NCBI GenBank assembly: GCA_037133435.1 | Contig: JBAXOD010000006.1 | Coordinates: 1-59,529 of the forward strand | Direction: 5' to 3' | Source: Candidatus Moraniibacteriota bacterium | GTDB taxonomy: Bacteria > Patescibacteriota > Minisyncoccia > Moranbacterales > UBA1568 | Length of the DNA stretch: 59,529 bases | Shown: positions 31,337-41,613 of the stretch, piece after piece | Position numbering within the stretch: the first letter of the stretch is position 1 | How the letters are laid out: each line of letters opens with the position of its first letter | Notes under the pieces: model-generated | What the model was told of the DNA's origin: nothing | Seen by the model: the letters and a program-made list of their open reading frames with translations, nothing else | Database searches by the model: none | Program-made: the position numbers and the translations under genes

Positions 31337-31360
31337 TCTCACACGGATACAGGGAAACTT

Positions 31361-32014
31361 ATGATCACCGTCCCGGTCTACAATTCGAAAGGCGAGAAAG
31401 GTAAGGAAACGGAACTTCCCGAGTCGATTTTCGGTGTGCCTTCAAACGATACGCTGCTGCATCAGGTGTACGTCGCGATTTCCGGAAATCTTCGGCAGTC
31501 GATCGCGAATACGAAGGACCGTTCCGAGCGCGCCGGTTCCGGCAAGAAACCGTGGCGTCAGAAGGGGACGGGACGTGCCCGTATCGGTCAGGTCCGCGCG
31601 CCGCATTGGCGCAAGGGCGGTATCGTATTCGGTCCGACGAGCGACCGGAATTTCTCGAAGCGGACGAACCGGAAGATGCGTCGCAAGGCGCTCCGGATCG
31701 CGCTCTCCGAGAAGGTCCGCGCGGAGCGGCTCATCCTCGTCGATACGTTCGAGTTTCCCGAGGCGAAGACCAAAGCGTTCGTTTCCATGGTCGGCGGATT
31801 CGGTATCGCGGGCAAGAAGACCCTCGTCGGTCTCCTGTCCGAGGAACGCGAAACGAGCCGTATTTCCAGGAATATCGACCGGATCACGAACGTGTTCTCG
31901 GAGGATATGAGCGTGTATGATCTCCTGAATCACGAGTACCTCGTCATCTCGAAGTCGACGGTTGACATGCTTGTGAAGCGGTTCGCCGAGGACGAGAAGG
32001 AAAGCGGCAATTAG
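31361..32014 (+). CDS. rplD: 50S ribosomal protein uL4
   Basis: KPWRQKGTGRAR, GGIVFGP. Confidence 0.97.
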   Translation: MITVPVYNSKGEKGKETELPESIFGVPSNDTLLHQVYVAISGNLRQSIANTKDRSERAGSGKKPWRQKGTGRARIGQVRAPHWRKGGIVFGPTSDRNFSKRTNRKMRRKALRIALSEKVRAERLILVDTFEFPEAKTKAFVSMVGGFGIAGKKTLVGLLSEERETSRISRNIDRITNVFSEDMSVYDLLNHEYLVISKSTVDMLVKRFAEDEKESGN

Positions 32015-32023
32015 GAAACGACT

Positions 32024-32383
32024 ATGGCACTCATCAAGAAAAAGAAGGAAGAGTCGACAGTGGCGACCAAGCGCGGGGCCGAATCGCTCCCGATGCAGAC
32101 GCTCGCGAACCGCGTGCTTCTTTCGGGACGCATGACGGAGAAGTCATTCGTACAGAACGCGCTCGGACAGTTCGTCTTTTCGGTCGTCCGGACCGCGACG
32201 AAATCGGAAGTCCGGATGGCGGTGGAGGCGGCGTACGGGGTGCGTGTCGAGAAGGTCCGCATGAGCCGGCTTCCCGGAAAGAAGAAGGGTTTCGGGCGCA
32301 ATGCCGGAACGACCTCGTCCGTGAAGAAGGCGATCGTCTCGGTACCGAAGGGGACGGAACTCCAATTGTTCAAGGGAATCTAG
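32024..32383 (+). CDS. rplW: 50S ribosomal protein uL23
   Basis: TEKS, ATKSEV..AVE, KKAIV; operon order. Confidence 0.93.
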   Translation: MALIKKKKEESTVATKRGAESLPMQTLANRVLLSGRMTEKSFVQNALGQFVFSVVRTATKSEVRMAVEAAYGVRVEKVRMSRLPGKKKGFGRNAGTTSSVKKAIVSVPKGTELQLFKGI

Positions 32384-32394
32384 GTTGAAACGAT

Positions 32395-33234
32395 ATGGCC
32401 ATCAAGATCTACAAAAAGAACGCGGCGGGTCGACGTAACATGTCGATCGTGAAGCCGGACCAGGTGACCGTCGGCGCGACGTCGGAGAAGTCTTTGCTTC
32501 GCCCAATCAAGCAGAACGCGGGCCGCAGCAACGGAAAGATTTCCGTGCGGCATCAGGGTGGCGGACACAAGCGCCGCTATCGCGTCGTGGACTTCCGACA
32601 GGACAAGCATGACATTCCAGGAAAGATCGCTCAGATCGAACGCGATCCGAACCGTTCCGCGCTCATCGCGCTCGTGAATTACAAGGATGGCGAGAAGCGG
32701 TACGTGCTTGCGACGTCCGGCATGAAGGTCGGTCAGGAGATCCTCTCCGGCGAGACGGTGCCGGTCGCGGACGGGAACCGCATGAAGATCGCGAACATAC
32801 CGGCCGGTACGGTCATCTCGTGTGTCGAGATGCGGATCGGACGCGGGGCGCAGATCGTCCGGAGTGCCGGATCGAGCGCGACTCTGATGGCGCTTGAGGC
32901 CGGGAGAGCGCAGGTGAAGCTCGCATCCGGGGAAGTCCGCTTGATTTCCGGCGAATGCTATGCCACGATAGGACAAGTCAGCAACTTCGAACACAGCGCG
33001 GAACGGATCGGTAAGGCCGGCCGGAGCCGGTGGAAGGGTAAACGTCCGGCGGTCCGCGGTTCGGTCATGAATCCGGTGGATCATCCGCACGGCGGAGGTG
33101 AAGGTTGCCAGCCGATCGGACTCAAGGCACCGAAGACCCCGTGGGGCAAGATCGCCCTCGGAAAGAAGACCAGGAAGCGGAAGAAGGCGAGTAACCAGTA
33201 TATTCTGAAAGCCCGCCCGAAGAAGCGGAAATAA
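32395..33234 (+). CDS. rplB: 50S ribosomal protein uL2
   Basis: [26 protein letters not shown]. Confidence 0.98.
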   Translation: MAIKIYKKNAAGRRNMSIVKPDQVTVGATSEKSLLRPIKQNAGRSNGKISVRHQGGGHKRRYRVVDFRQDKHDIPGKIAQIERDPNRSALIALVNYKDGEKRYVLATSGMKVGQEILSGETVPVADGNRMKIANIPAGTVISCVEMRIGRGAQIVRSAGSSATLMALEAGRAQVKLASGEVRLISGECYATIGQVSNFEHSAERIGKAGRSRWKGKRPAVRGSVMNPVDHPHGGGEGCQPIGLKAPKTPWGKIALGKKTRKRKKASNQYILKARPKKRK

Positions 33235-33244
33235 CGAAACTGCT

Positions 33245-33589
33245 ATGTCGAGAAGCCTCAAAAAAGGACCGTACGTCGACCCGAGAGTCTTGAAGAAGAT
33301 CGAGGGCAAGCAGGTCGGGGACAAGACCGTCATCAAGACGTGGTCCCGTGCCTGTACGATCGCCCCGGAGATGGTCGGATTCACCTTCGGCGTCCATAAC
33401 GGACGGGATTTCCTGTCGGTATACGTGAACGAGGAGATGGTGGGACACAAGCTCGGTGAATTCTCGCCGACACGGAAGTTCCAACGGCACGGAGGGAAGA
33501 TCCAGAAGGAGATGGAAAGCGCCGCGAAGCAGCGTGAGCAGGATTCGGCCAAGGCTGCCAAGACGGCGACCGCACCGAAGAAGAAATAA
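33245..33589 (+). CDS. rpsS: 30S ribosomal protein uS19
   Basis: [17 protein letters not shown]. Confidence 0.98.
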   Translation: MSRSLKKGPYVDPRVLKKIEGKQVGDKTVIKTWSRACTIAPEMVGFTFGVHNGRDFLSVYVNEEMVGHKLGEFSPTRKFQRHGGKIQKEMESAAKQREQDSAKAAKTATAPKKK

Positions 33590-33612
33590 CCGTCATTGAA
33601 AGCGTATCCGTT

Positions 33613-34134
33613 ATGCAGGTAACCGCACGACTCAACAAACTCCAGGTGGCACCCCGAAAGGTCCGACTCGTCGCGAAGACGATTGTCGGTATGTCCGTCG
33701 CGGCCGCGAAAACCGAGCTTTCGAAGCAGGTAAAGCGGTCTTCCGAACCGGTCGGAAAACTTCTCGGGAGCGCGGTCTCGAACGCCGAACATAATTACGG
33801 ACTCGATGCGGAGAACCTCTTTGTACGGTCCGTCGTCGTGGGAGACGGCGTGCGGCTCAAGCGGTTCAAGCCGCGTGCGTTCGGTCGCGCCGCCGAGATC
33901 ATCCGTCGTCAGTCCAATATCGTCCTCGTGCTCGAGGAGGAGATTGAGGGACTGAATCGCCGTGAAGTCGCCGTGAAGGAGGTCATCACGTCGAAGGATG
34001 CGACGTCGGAAGAGGCGGCGGCACCCGCGACGGACGAGAAGAAGGGAAAGAAATCGGCGGTCGCCCTAAAGACGGAGGTGAAGAAACGCACGAATGCCGT
34101 GAAGCGCACTTCCTATCAGCGGAAATCAATCTAA
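33613..34134 (+). CDS. rplV: 50S ribosomal protein uL22 with C-terminal extension
   Basis: PRKVRLVA, SAVSNAEHN, PRAFGRA. Confidence 0.97.
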   Translation: MQVTARLNKLQVAPRKVRLVAKTIVGMSVAAAKTELSKQVKRSSEPVGKLLGSAVSNAEHNYGLDAENLFVRSVVVGDGVRLKRFKPRAFGRAAEIIRRQSNIVLVLEEEIEGLNRREVAVKEVITSKDATSEEAAAPATDEKKGKKSAVALKTEVKKRTNAVKRTSYQRKSI

Positions 34135-34147
34135 ATCGTTCTCGACT

Positions 34148-34828
34148 ATGGGACAGAAAATTCACCCAATCGGATTTCGGCTCGGAGTGACCAAGAGATG
34201 GAAGTCTCGCTGGTTCGATTCGAAGACATTCCAGAAGACGCTCCGTGAGGACGTGAGCATCCGCGCGTTCATCAAGAAACAGTGGAAGGCCGCATCGATC
34301 GCGGAAGTCATCATCGAGCGTTCCGCCAATACGATCAAGATCATCATCGAGACCGCGCGTCCGGGCGTGCTCATCGGTCGGGGAGGATCCGGTATCGAGG
34401 ACCTGACCCGCATGCTGAAGAACCGGTTCTTCCGCGGGATCCGGACCGCCGTCAAGGTGGACGTCCAGGAAGTGAAGACCCCGGACGAGAACGCCTCGCT
34501 CGTGGCCCAGGCAGTCGCCGAACAGCTCGAACGCCGTCTCCCGTTCCGTCGGGTACTGAAGGGGATGGTGGACCAGGTGATGCAGACGAAGAACGTCCAC
34601 GGGGTGAAGCTCGAGATCTCGGGACGCCTCGGGGGTGCGGAGATGTCGCGTCGGGAATGGACCTCGCGCGGGGAAATCCCGCTTCATACGCTCCGGGCCG
34701 ATATCGATTACGCCTGCGTGGAAGCCCATACGACCTACGGCGTGATCGGGGTGAAGGCTTGGATCTACAAGGGAGAGACGTTCGAGGAGAAAATCGCGGA
34801 GGAGGTACGAACGGAGACGGTATCATAA
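34148..34828 (+). CDS. rpsC: 30S ribosomal protein uS3
   Basis: MGQKIHPIGFRLG, PLHTLRADIDY. Confidence 0.98.
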   Translation: MGQKIHPIGFRLGVTKRWKSRWFDSKTFQKTLREDVSIRAFIKKQWKAASIAEVIIERSANTIKIIIETARPGVLIGRGGSGIEDLTRMLKNRFFRGIRTAVKVDVQEVKTPDENASLVAQAVAEQLERRLPFRRVLKGMVDQVMQTKNVHGVKLEISGRLGGAEMSRREWTSRGEIPLHTLRADIDYACVEAHTTYGVIGVKAWIYKGETFEEKIAEEVRTETVS

Positions 34829-34861
34829 GCGATCCGCCAGGCGGATATAGAGAGAAACACT

Positions 34862-35284
34862 ATGTTGCTCATGCCACGAAAAGTGAAACACCGGAAGATC
34901 CACCGGGGAGGATGGCCGAAAGGCGCGACGACCAAGGGCGCCGCGGTCAGTTTCGGAAGCTACGGATTGAAATCGGTCGAGACCGGTATCATTTCCGCCC
35001 GTCAGATCGAGGCCGCACGTCGTGCCATGACGCGTTTTATCATGCGAGGCGGCAAGGTGTGGATCCGCGTGTTCCCGGACAAACCGATGACGAAGAAAGG
35101 TGAACAGACCCCGATGGGAAAGGGAAAGGGAAGCGTCGACCACTACGTGGCGAAGGTGACCGCGGGACGGGTCCTCTTCGAGCTCGACGGCGTCACGCGG
35201 GAGACCGCCAAGGAGGCGATGCGGCTCGCGGCGTACAAGCTTTCGCTCAAGACGAAGTTCGTCGACCGTCACGGAAACGAATAA
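34862..35284 (+). CDS. rplP: 50S ribosomal protein uL16
   Basis: [21 protein letters not shown]. Confidence 0.98.
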   Translation: MLLMPRKVKHRKIHRGGWPKGATTKGAAVSFGSYGLKSVETGIISARQIEAARRAMTRFIMRGGKVWIRVFPDKPMTKKGEQTPMGKGKGSVDHYVAKVTAGRVLFELDGVTRETAKEAMRLAAYKLSLKTKFVDRHGNE

Positions 35285-35293
35285 TGCACCACT

Positions 35294-35488
35294 ATGAAAG
35301 CAAAGGAACTACGTGAAACGGCGGACGGGGAACGGGAGAAACTCCTGCTCGATCTGCGCAAGAAGGAACGGGAACTCCGGTTCTCGATCGCGGGACGCGA
35401 GACACGGAATCACCGCGAGCTGCGGGCCGTGAGAAAGGATGTCGCCCGGGTGCTCACGCTCAACCAAGAAGACGTATTTAACGCATAG
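35294..35488 (+). CDS. rpmC: 50S ribosomal protein uL29
   Basis: MKAKELR, RKDVARVLT. Confidence 0.93.
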   Translation: MKAKELRETADGEREKLLLDLRKKERELRFSIAGRETRNHRELRAVRKDVARVLTLNQEDVFNA

Positions 35489-35493
35489 CGACT

Positions 35494-35799
35494 ATGAACG
35501 CCGTCAAGAAGACAACCAAGAAGACCGTCGTGGCAGAAAAGGAGCCCGTCGCGAACGTCTCGAAAGCGCCGACTTTGCGTGGGACCGTGACCAGCGCGGC
35601 GACCGCGCAGACGATCACCGTCGAGGTGAAGACGCTCAAGACGCATCCGAAGTACGGGAAGAAGTACCGTTCGTCCAAGAAGTATCTCGTGCACGCCCCG
35701 GAAGGGAAGTATGCGGTCGGGGACGCGGTGACCTTCCGCGAGTGCCGTCCGGTCAGCAAACGGAAGCGGCATATGGTGGTCGGCAATGATGGCCGGTAA
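35494..35799 (+). CDS. rpsQ: 30S ribosomal protein uS17
   Basis: [15 protein letters not shown]. Confidence 0.95.
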   Translation: MNAVKKTTKKTVVAEKEPVANVSKAPTLRGTVTSAATAQTITVEVKTLKTHPKYGKKYRSSKKYLVHAPEGKYAVGDAVTFRECRPVSKRKRHMVVGNDGR

Positions 35800-35822
35800 A
35801 TTATCCGAAACGGAGATATCCT

Positions 35823-36191
35823 ATGATCCAGGCAGAAACAAGATTGCGTGTTGCGGACAACAGCGGGGCGAAAGTCATCGAGTGCTTCAAGGTGCTCGGC
35901 GGGACCCGTCGGCGCTATGCCCAGATCGGCGATGTCATCGTGGCGTCGGTGAAGTCGGCAGAGCCGAGAGGCGCCGTGAAGAAGGGTGACAAGGTGAAGG
36001 CAGTGATCGTCCGACAGGCAAAGGAGTTTCGACGTAAGGACAATTCCTATATCCGTTTCGACGAGAACGCCGCCGTGATCATGGATGCGGACGTGAAGGA
36101 ACCCCGCGGGACCAGAATTTTCGGCCCGGTGGCCCGTGAACTCCGCGAGAAGTACGCCAAGATCGTGTCGCTCGCGCAGGAAGTGCTCTAG
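35823..36191 (+). CDS. rplN: 50S ribosomal protein uL14
   Basis: [26 protein letters not shown]. Confidence 0.98.
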   Translation: MIQAETRLRVADNSGAKVIECFKVLGGTRRRYAQIGDVIVASVKSAEPRGAVKKGDKVKAVIVRQAKEFRRKDNSYIRFDENAAVIMDADVKEPRGTRIFGPVARELREKYAKIVSLAQEVL

Positions 36192-36201
36192 CTAACCAGT
36201 A

Positions 36202-36280
36202 AACTGACAACTGACAACCGACAACTTTCCGCAAGCGATGACGAATGCTTGTTGCAGGTTGCAGGTTGTAAGTTGTGAGT
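36202..36280. repeat. inverted heptamer arrays between rplN and rplX
   Basis: (AACYGAC)3 vs GTTGCAG/GTTGTAA units; inner CAAGC..GCTTG stem. Confidence 0.85.
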
Positions 36281-36291
36281 CGAAAGAGATT

Positions 36292-36600
36292 ATGAAACTC
36301 AGGAAAGGAGACGAAGTGGAAGTGATCGCCGGAAAGGACCGCGGAAAGCGCGGGAAGGTGCTTCGCATTCTTCCGACGGAAGGCAAGATCGTCGTCGACG
36401 GCGTGAACGTCATGAAGAAGCATCAGAAGGCGCAGGGTGGCAGCGCGAAGGGGCAGCGGATCGAGATGTCGTTCCCGATCGACGCGTCCAACGCGATGCT
36501 CGTGTGTCCCGATACCGGAAAGCCGACACGCATCGGGTACGCGATCGAAGGTGACGAGAAGGTCCGCGTGAGCCGACGGTCCGGAAAGACGATACGCTAA
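36292..36600 (+). CDS. rplX: 50S ribosomal protein uL24
   Basis: KGDEV.VIAGKDRGKRG, GVN..KKH; ATG 36292. Confidence 0.97.
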   Translation: MKLRKGDEVEVIAGKDRGKRGKVLRILPTEGKIVVDGVNVMKKHQKAQGGSAKGQRIEMSFPIDASNAMLVCPDTGKPTRIGYAIEGDEKVRVSRRSGKTIR

Positions 36601-36630
36601 CGAATCATACGCATACAAGCGTTTACGGAT

Positions 36631-37182
36631 ATGAAGAAGAATCAGCCGATCATGAAAGCGAAATATGAGGCCATCCTCCCGGAGCTGAAAAAGGCTCTCG
36701 GCGTGGAGAACGTGCTCGCGTTGCCGCGCATCGAGAAAGTGACGGTGAACGTCGGCATCGGCAAGTTCCTCAAGGAGCAGGCCCGCGTCGACGAGATCGT
36801 CGCGTCGCTCGTTTCGATCACCGGTCAGAAGCCGGTCCTGACGAAGGCCCGCAAGGCTATCGCCGGATTCAAGATCCGCGAAGGGCTCGAGGTCGGGGCG
36901 AAAGTGACGCTTCGTGGCCGCCGCATGTGGCAGTTCCTCGACCGTGTCATCTATGCGACCATTCCCCGAACCCGCGATTTCCAAGGCATCCCGAAGACCG
37001 CGATCGGCCGTGACGGCAACTGCAATATCGGACTCCGCGAGCACCTGATTTTCCCCGAGATCGTCCCCGAGAAAGTGCAGACGCCGTTCGGACTGCAGGT
37101 GGTGATCACGACGAGTGCCGGTGACGAGAAAGCCGGACGCGAACTGTTCCGTCTCCTCGGATTCCCGATCCGCACCGAATAA
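36631..37182 (+). CDS. rplE: 50S ribosomal protein uL5
   Basis: ITGQKP, GAKVTLRG, PRTRDFQG. Confidence 0.97.
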   Translation: MKKNQPIMKAKYEAILPELKKALGVENVLALPRIEKVTVNVGIGKFLKEQARVDEIVASLVSITGQKPVLTKARKAIAGFKIREGLEVGAKVTLRGRRMWQFLDRVIYATIPRTRDFQGIPKTAIGRDGNCNIGLREHLIFPEIVPEKVQTPFGLQVVITTSAGDEKAGRELFRLLGFPIRTE

Positions 37183-37211
37183 GTAAGCACGAAACGTAAA
37201 CGAATCCACTT

Positions 37212-37397
37212 ATGGCGAAGACTTCCGTAATTGCAAGGGCAAAGAAACATCCGAAATTCTCGACCCGCATCGTGCGGAGATGTTGGAAGTGCGGCCGGAA
37301 GCACGGGTATCTGAGGAAATTCGACCTCTGCCGTATCTGTTTCCGGGAACTCGCGATGAAGGGGGAGATCCCGGGAATCAGGAAGTCCTCGTGGTAA
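37212..37397 (+). CDS. rpsN: 30S ribosomal protein uS14, zinc-binding short type
   Basis: [15 protein letters not shown]. Confidence 0.97.
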   Translation: MAKTSVIARAKKHPKFSTRIVRRCWKCGRKHGYLRKFDLCRICFRELAMKGEIPGIRKSSW

Positions 37398-37473
37398 TCG
37401 GAAACGATTTCCAAGTCCGGGCCATGGGTTACGGTTCGGAAACGGGAAGTCGAATATATATAAGATTTAGACT

Positions 37474-37884
37474 ATGTTAGACCCAATTGCAGACATGTTG
37501 ACCAGGATCCGGAACGCGCAGCGCGCGGGACATGCGACCGTCCTCGTTCCGTCCTCGAAACTGAAGTTCGCGATCGCCGAGACCCTTCTCGCGCGCGGGT
37601 TCATCACGGGCGTCGAGAAGAAGCGCGACGAGACCGGGAAGAAGGAATCGATCGAGGTCACGCTCCGATATGTCGAGAAGTCGCTCCTGCGTCACGAACC
37701 GGCCATCCGCGAGATCAAGCGTATCAGCAAGGAGGGTCGCCGCGTCTATCTGAAGAAGGGCGAGGTGCACAAGGTGAAGAACGGATACGGACTCGCGATC
37801 GTCTCCACGTCGAAGGGAGTGATGAGCGGCGAGGAAGCCTACAAGAAGGGGCTCGGTGGCGAATACATCTGCGAGGTCTGGTAA
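37474..37884 (+). CDS. rpsH: 30S ribosomal protein uS8
   Basis: DPIADMLTRIRNA, STSKGVM, GGE. Confidence 0.98.
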   Translation: MLDPIADMLTRIRNAQRAGHATVLVPSSKLKFAIAETLLARGFITGVEKKRDETGKKESIEVTLRYVEKSLLRHEPAIREIKRISKEGRRVYLKKGEVHKVKNGYGLAIVSTSKGVMSGEEAYKKGLGGEYICEVW

Positions 37885-37976
37885 GAGAATAGTCCGTACC
37901 GTCAGCGTCGAAAATCCATACTGTCGAAAGAAACGATCATCGGAGACGCGAAGATAATGAAGCTAATGAAGCCGTT

Positions 37977-38513
37977 ATGAGTCGAATAGGAAAACTGACC
38001 ATCACCGTTCCCGCAGGCGTCGAAGCGTCGATTTCGGCGAACGTCGTCACGGTGAAGGGGCCCAAGGGGACGCTCACGTTCCCGCACCATACGGACGTGA
38101 AGGTCGTGCTCGAGGACAAGACACTGTCCGTCGTGAAGCTCGGCGAGTCCAAGCGCGCGAACGCGATCTGGGGAACCACCTCGAAACTGCTTTCGAACAT
38201 GGTCGAGGGAGTCGTGAAGGGATTCGAGAAGCAGATCGAACTCAATGGCGTCGGTTATCGTATGGCGGTCTCGGGCAAGAAGCTTGACCTGGCGCTCGGG
38301 TTTTCGCATCCGGTTTCCGTACCGCTGCCCGATGGCATCGAGGCGAAGATCGAGAAGAACGTACTCACCATCAACGGGATAGACCGACAGAAGGTCGGGC
38401 AGTTCGCGGCCAATATCCGCGGTCTGAAACCGGTCGAGCCGTACAAGGGCAAGGGATTCCGCTACGTCGGCGAGATCGTCCGCAGGAAGGAAGGAAAGAA
38501 GGCATCCGCCTAG
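37977..38513 (+). CDS. rplF: 50S ribosomal protein uL6
   Basis: MSRIGK, GVGYR, EPYKGKG. Confidence 0.98.
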   Translation: MSRIGKLTITVPAGVEASISANVVTVKGPKGTLTFPHHTDVKVVLEDKTLSVVKLGESKRANAIWGTTSKLLSNMVEGVVKGFEKQIELNGVGYRMAVSGKKLDLALGFSHPVSVPLPDGIEAKIEKNVLTINGIDRQKVGQFAANIRGLKPVEPYKGKGFRYVGEIVRRKEGKKASA

Positions 38514-38534
38514 ATTTGATTTAACGAGAGCACT

Positions 38535-38891
38535 ATGTCACGGATCATCGAACGCAAAATTCAACGGAAAGCCCGCGCACGTCGCGTCCGGGCGAAGGTG
38601 TCCGGCACGGCCGAGCGGCCGCGGCTTTCGGTATTCCGGAGCCTGAGAAATTTTTCCGCGCAGGCGATCGACGATCAGGCGGGAACAACGCTCGTCTCGG
38701 TGGACCTCCGCGAACTCGGCAAGAAGGCCACGAATACCGTCGACGGCATCCGCGCTTTGGGCGTTTCGCTCGGCGAGAAGTGCCTGGCCTCGGGGATCAA
38801 GACGGTCACGTTCGATCGCGCCGGATACCGGTATCACGGGAAAGTGAAGGCGTTCGCGGAAGGCGCGCGCGAGGCCGGACTCGAATTCTAA
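38535..38891 (+). CDS. rplR: 50S ribosomal protein uL18
   Basis: RPRLSVFRS, FDRAGYRYHGKV. Confidence 0.97.
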   Translation: MSRIIERKIQRKARARRVRAKVSGTAERPRLSVFRSLRNFSAQAIDDQAGTTLVSVDLRELGKKATNTVDGIRALGVSLGEKCLASGIKTVTFDRAGYRYHGKVKAFAEGAREAGLEF

Positions 38892-38915
38892 ACGTATCCG
38901 TCACAATATCATCGT

Positions 38916-39512
38916 ATGGAACAGAACGACAAGCAAAAGAAGCGCAAGCGCATGGGCGGACGCCGTGAAAAACCGGAGTACGACCAGAAGATGCTCGACC
39001 TCGCCCGCGTGACCCGCGTCGTGAAGGGCGGTCGGCGTTTCCGGTTCCGCGCGACGTTGGTCATCGGCAATCGCAAGGGACGCGTCGGCGTGGGAGTCGG
39101 CAAGGGCAGCGATGTCTCGGACGCGATCCAGAAGGCGTATAACGATGCGAAGAAAAACCTCGTCGACGTGACACTGCATCATGGAACGATCGCCTACGAC
39201 GTCTCGTCGAAAGAGGGAAGCGCGAAGGTGCTCCTCAAGCCCGCACGCGAGGGACGGGGACTCATCGCCGGTGGTGCTATCCGGGCCGTGGCGGACCTCG
39301 TCGGTATCAAGGACATCGTCTCGAAGTCGCTCGGTTCCTCGAACGCACTCAACCTTTCCCGTGCCACGATCAAGGCGCTCAAGAGTTTCGAGGGAGGCGT
39401 CGTCGAGCCCATCCGGCACGAAAAGAAGGCACCGGCAAAAGAGGTGAAAGAGGTCAAAGAAGTGAAGGAAGTCAAAGTGAAAGCGGCCGTTGCCCCGAAA
39501 GAAGCGAAATAA
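38916..39512 (+). CDS. rpsE: 30S ribosomal protein uS5 with KEV-repeat tail
   Basis: RVTRVVKGGRRF, GLIAGG. Confidence 0.97.
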   Translation: MEQNDKQKKRKRMGGRREKPEYDQKMLDLARVTRVVKGGRRFRFRATLVIGNRKGRVGVGVGKGSDVSDAIQKAYNDAKKNLVDVTLHHGTIAYDVSSKEGSAKVLLKPAREGRGLIAGGAIRAVADLVGIKDIVSKSLGSSNALNLSRATIKALKSFEGGVVEPIRHEKKAPAKEVKEVKEVKEVKVKAAVAPKEAK

Positions 39513-39523
39513 CGCGAATCATT

Positions 39524-39961
39524 ATGCAGATCCACAGCCTTATCGCACCGAAAAGACCCGGCAAGAAGCGCGTCGGTCGCGGCGGTCGCCGCGGCAAGAC
39601 CGCCGGACGCGGAACGAAGGGACAGAAGTCCCGATCCGGCGCGACCATCGACCCGCTCTTTGAAGGAGGACGTTCTTCGCTTATCGATCGTCTGAAAAAG
39701 GTCCGCGGGTTCAAGTCACCGCATACGAAGCGCGCGACCATCTCGCTCTCGTTCCTCGAACGGCATTTCGAGGCCGGTGAGACCGTGAGCCGCGAGGCGC
39801 TGATCGGCAAGAAACTCTATTCGCCGAAGCAGCTCGAGACCGGTATCAAGATCGTCGCTTCCGGTACGATTTCCAAAAAACTCGTTTTCGATTCGAAGGC
39901 CCGTTTTTCCGAGGCCGCGCAGAAAGCCATCGAGCAGGCCGGCGGAACGATCGCGGAATAG
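39524..39961 (+). CDS. rplO: 50S ribosomal protein uL15
   Basis: RVGRG..GKTAGRGTKGQKSRSG, FEGG. Confidence 0.97.
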   Translation: MQIHSLIAPKRPGKKRVGRGGRRGKTAGRGTKGQKSRSGATIDPLFEGGRSSLIDRLKKVRGFKSPHTKRATISLSFLERHFEAGETVSREALIGKKLYSPKQLETGIKIVASGTISKKLVFDSKARFSEAAQKAIEQAGGTIAE

Positions 39962-40043
39962 TTCCCGTTCTCCCGTATCCTCTTCCTTCGTCTTTTTCCC
40001 GATATCCTGGTATGATGGAGCGTGTAATCCGTTTCGCGGTCCC

Positions 40044-41315
40044 ATGCTGAAAGCATTTCGACAGATTTTCTCCGTGCCGGAACTCCGTGGCAAGATACTC
40101 TTCATCCTCGGGGTTTTGGTCGTATACCGTTTCGCCGCCAACATTCCCATGCCGGGAGTGGATGTTTTGGCACTTCAGAACCTTTTCTCACAGAACGATA
40201 TCCTGTCGCTCCTCAACGTGTTCTCCGGCGGCGGGCTCAAGGGCGTCTCTATCGTGCTCCTCGGCGTCGCGCCGTACATCTCCGCCTCGATCATCATCCA
40301 GCTTCTGACGATGGCCGTGCCGGCGCTCGAACGATACCAGAAGGAAGAGGGCGAGGCCGGACGACGGAAATTTTCCATGTGGACCCGGTGGCTCACCATA
40401 CCGCTCGCGGCCGTCCAGGCGTTCGGCATGATCACGCTCCTGCGCTCGCAGGGCGTTATCGCGGACCTCACCCCGATCCTGTTCGCATCCATGATACTGA
40501 CCGCCGTCGCGGGAACCATTTTCCTCATGTGGCTCGGGGAGCTCATCACGGAAAAAGGTCTCGGCAACGGCATCTCGCTTCTCATTTTCGCGGGTATCGT
40601 CGCGGGGATGCCGGCGGGCGCTTCCCGTTTCATTTCGACCTGGGATTCCACGCAAATCTTTTCCTACATCCTGTTCCTCGCCGTGGCGCTCATCATCATC
40701 GTGGGTGTCGTCTTCGTGAACGACGGGCAGCGTATCATCCCGATTTCCTACGCGAAGCGCCTGCACGGCGCGAAGGTCTACGGCGGCGCGTCCACACATT
40801 TGCCGCTTCGCGTGAACCAGGCCGGCGTCATCCCGATCATCTTCGCCGTGTCCATCATCGTCATCCCGAGGATGGCGGCGACGTATTTCGCGCAGGCGAA
40901 CATGGGCAAGGTCTCCGACATAGCGGTCTCGGTGAACGTGTTCCTGCAGAATCCGTGGATCTATTCCGGACTCTATTTCCTGCTGGTCGTCGTCTTCACG
41001 TATTTCTATACCGCCGTCATCTTCGATCCGTTCAAGATCGCGGAGAACCTGCAGAAGCAGGGCGGCTTCATACCGGGCATCCGACCGGGAACCGCCACCG
41101 CCGAATATCTCGGCAAGATCATCAACCGCATCACGCTTTCCGGGGCAGTGTTTCTCGGGCTTATCGCCGTGCTGCCGAATATCCTGCAGACCATGACGAA
41201 CATCCAGTCGCTCACCCTGGGCGGCGTCTCGATCCTGATCACGGTGTCCGTCGTCATCGAGCTCATGAAGCACGTCGAGGGACAGCTTTCCATGCGGAAC
41301 TACGAGGGATTCTAA
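40044..41315 (+). CDS. secY: preprotein translocase SecY
   Basis: PYISASII.QL, GLGNGISL, AGVIPIIFA, GGFIPGIRPG. Confidence 0.98.
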   Translation: MLKAFRQIFSVPELRGKILFILGVLVVYRFAANIPMPGVDVLALQNLFSQNDILSLLNVFSGGGLKGVSIVLLGVAPYISASIIIQLLTMAVPALERYQKEEGEAGRRKFSMWTRWLTIPLAAVQAFGMITLLRSQGVIADLTPILFASMILTAVAGTIFLMWLGELITEKGLGNGISLLIFAGIVAGMPAGASRFISTWDSTQIFSYILFLAVALIIIVGVVFVNDGQRIIPISYAKRLHGAKVYGGASTHLPLRVNQAGVIPIIFAVSIIVIPRMAATYFAQANMGKVSDIAVSVNVFLQNPWIYSGLYFLLVVVFTYFYTAVIFDPFKIAENLQKQGGFIPGIRPGTATAEYLGKIINRITLSGAVFLGLIAVLPNILQTMTNIQSLTLGGVSILITVSVVIELMKHVEGQLSMRNYEGF

Positions 41316-41316
41316 G

Positions 41317-41613
41317 AAGTCCATACAGTTGAAAGTCCGTAAGGTCCATACAGTCGGGAACGGACGCGTGGAAGGAGAGGGAATTTCGAATGTTGAAACG
41401 GGAGAGGGGGTAGGAATCGTATCCGACTCGATAGGCATTCGTCTGCTTCTCGTTTTCTTTTGTACATTGTGAATCGATCATTGGAAATCGTTTCCGATTT
41501 TATTGACTTGTGACCCCGTAAAATCGTGAGGACGTGATCACGGGGCATGCTTTACACACTTTTGACTCGTTAACTTTCGACTTTATAGACTTTATAGACT
41601 TTATGGACTTGAC
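41317..41613. repeat. inverted 9-mer arrays bracketing the secY-adk spacer
   Basis: AAGTCCATA-type units 41317-41355 vs (GACTTTATA)n ~41579-41610. Confidence 0.8.

Noticed and set aside
26540-33792. Long antisense ORFs (26540-28504, 28576-30177, 32380-33792) and similar shadows elsewhere
   Set aside because: Reverse-frame shadows of highly biased core genes; no recognisable motifs.
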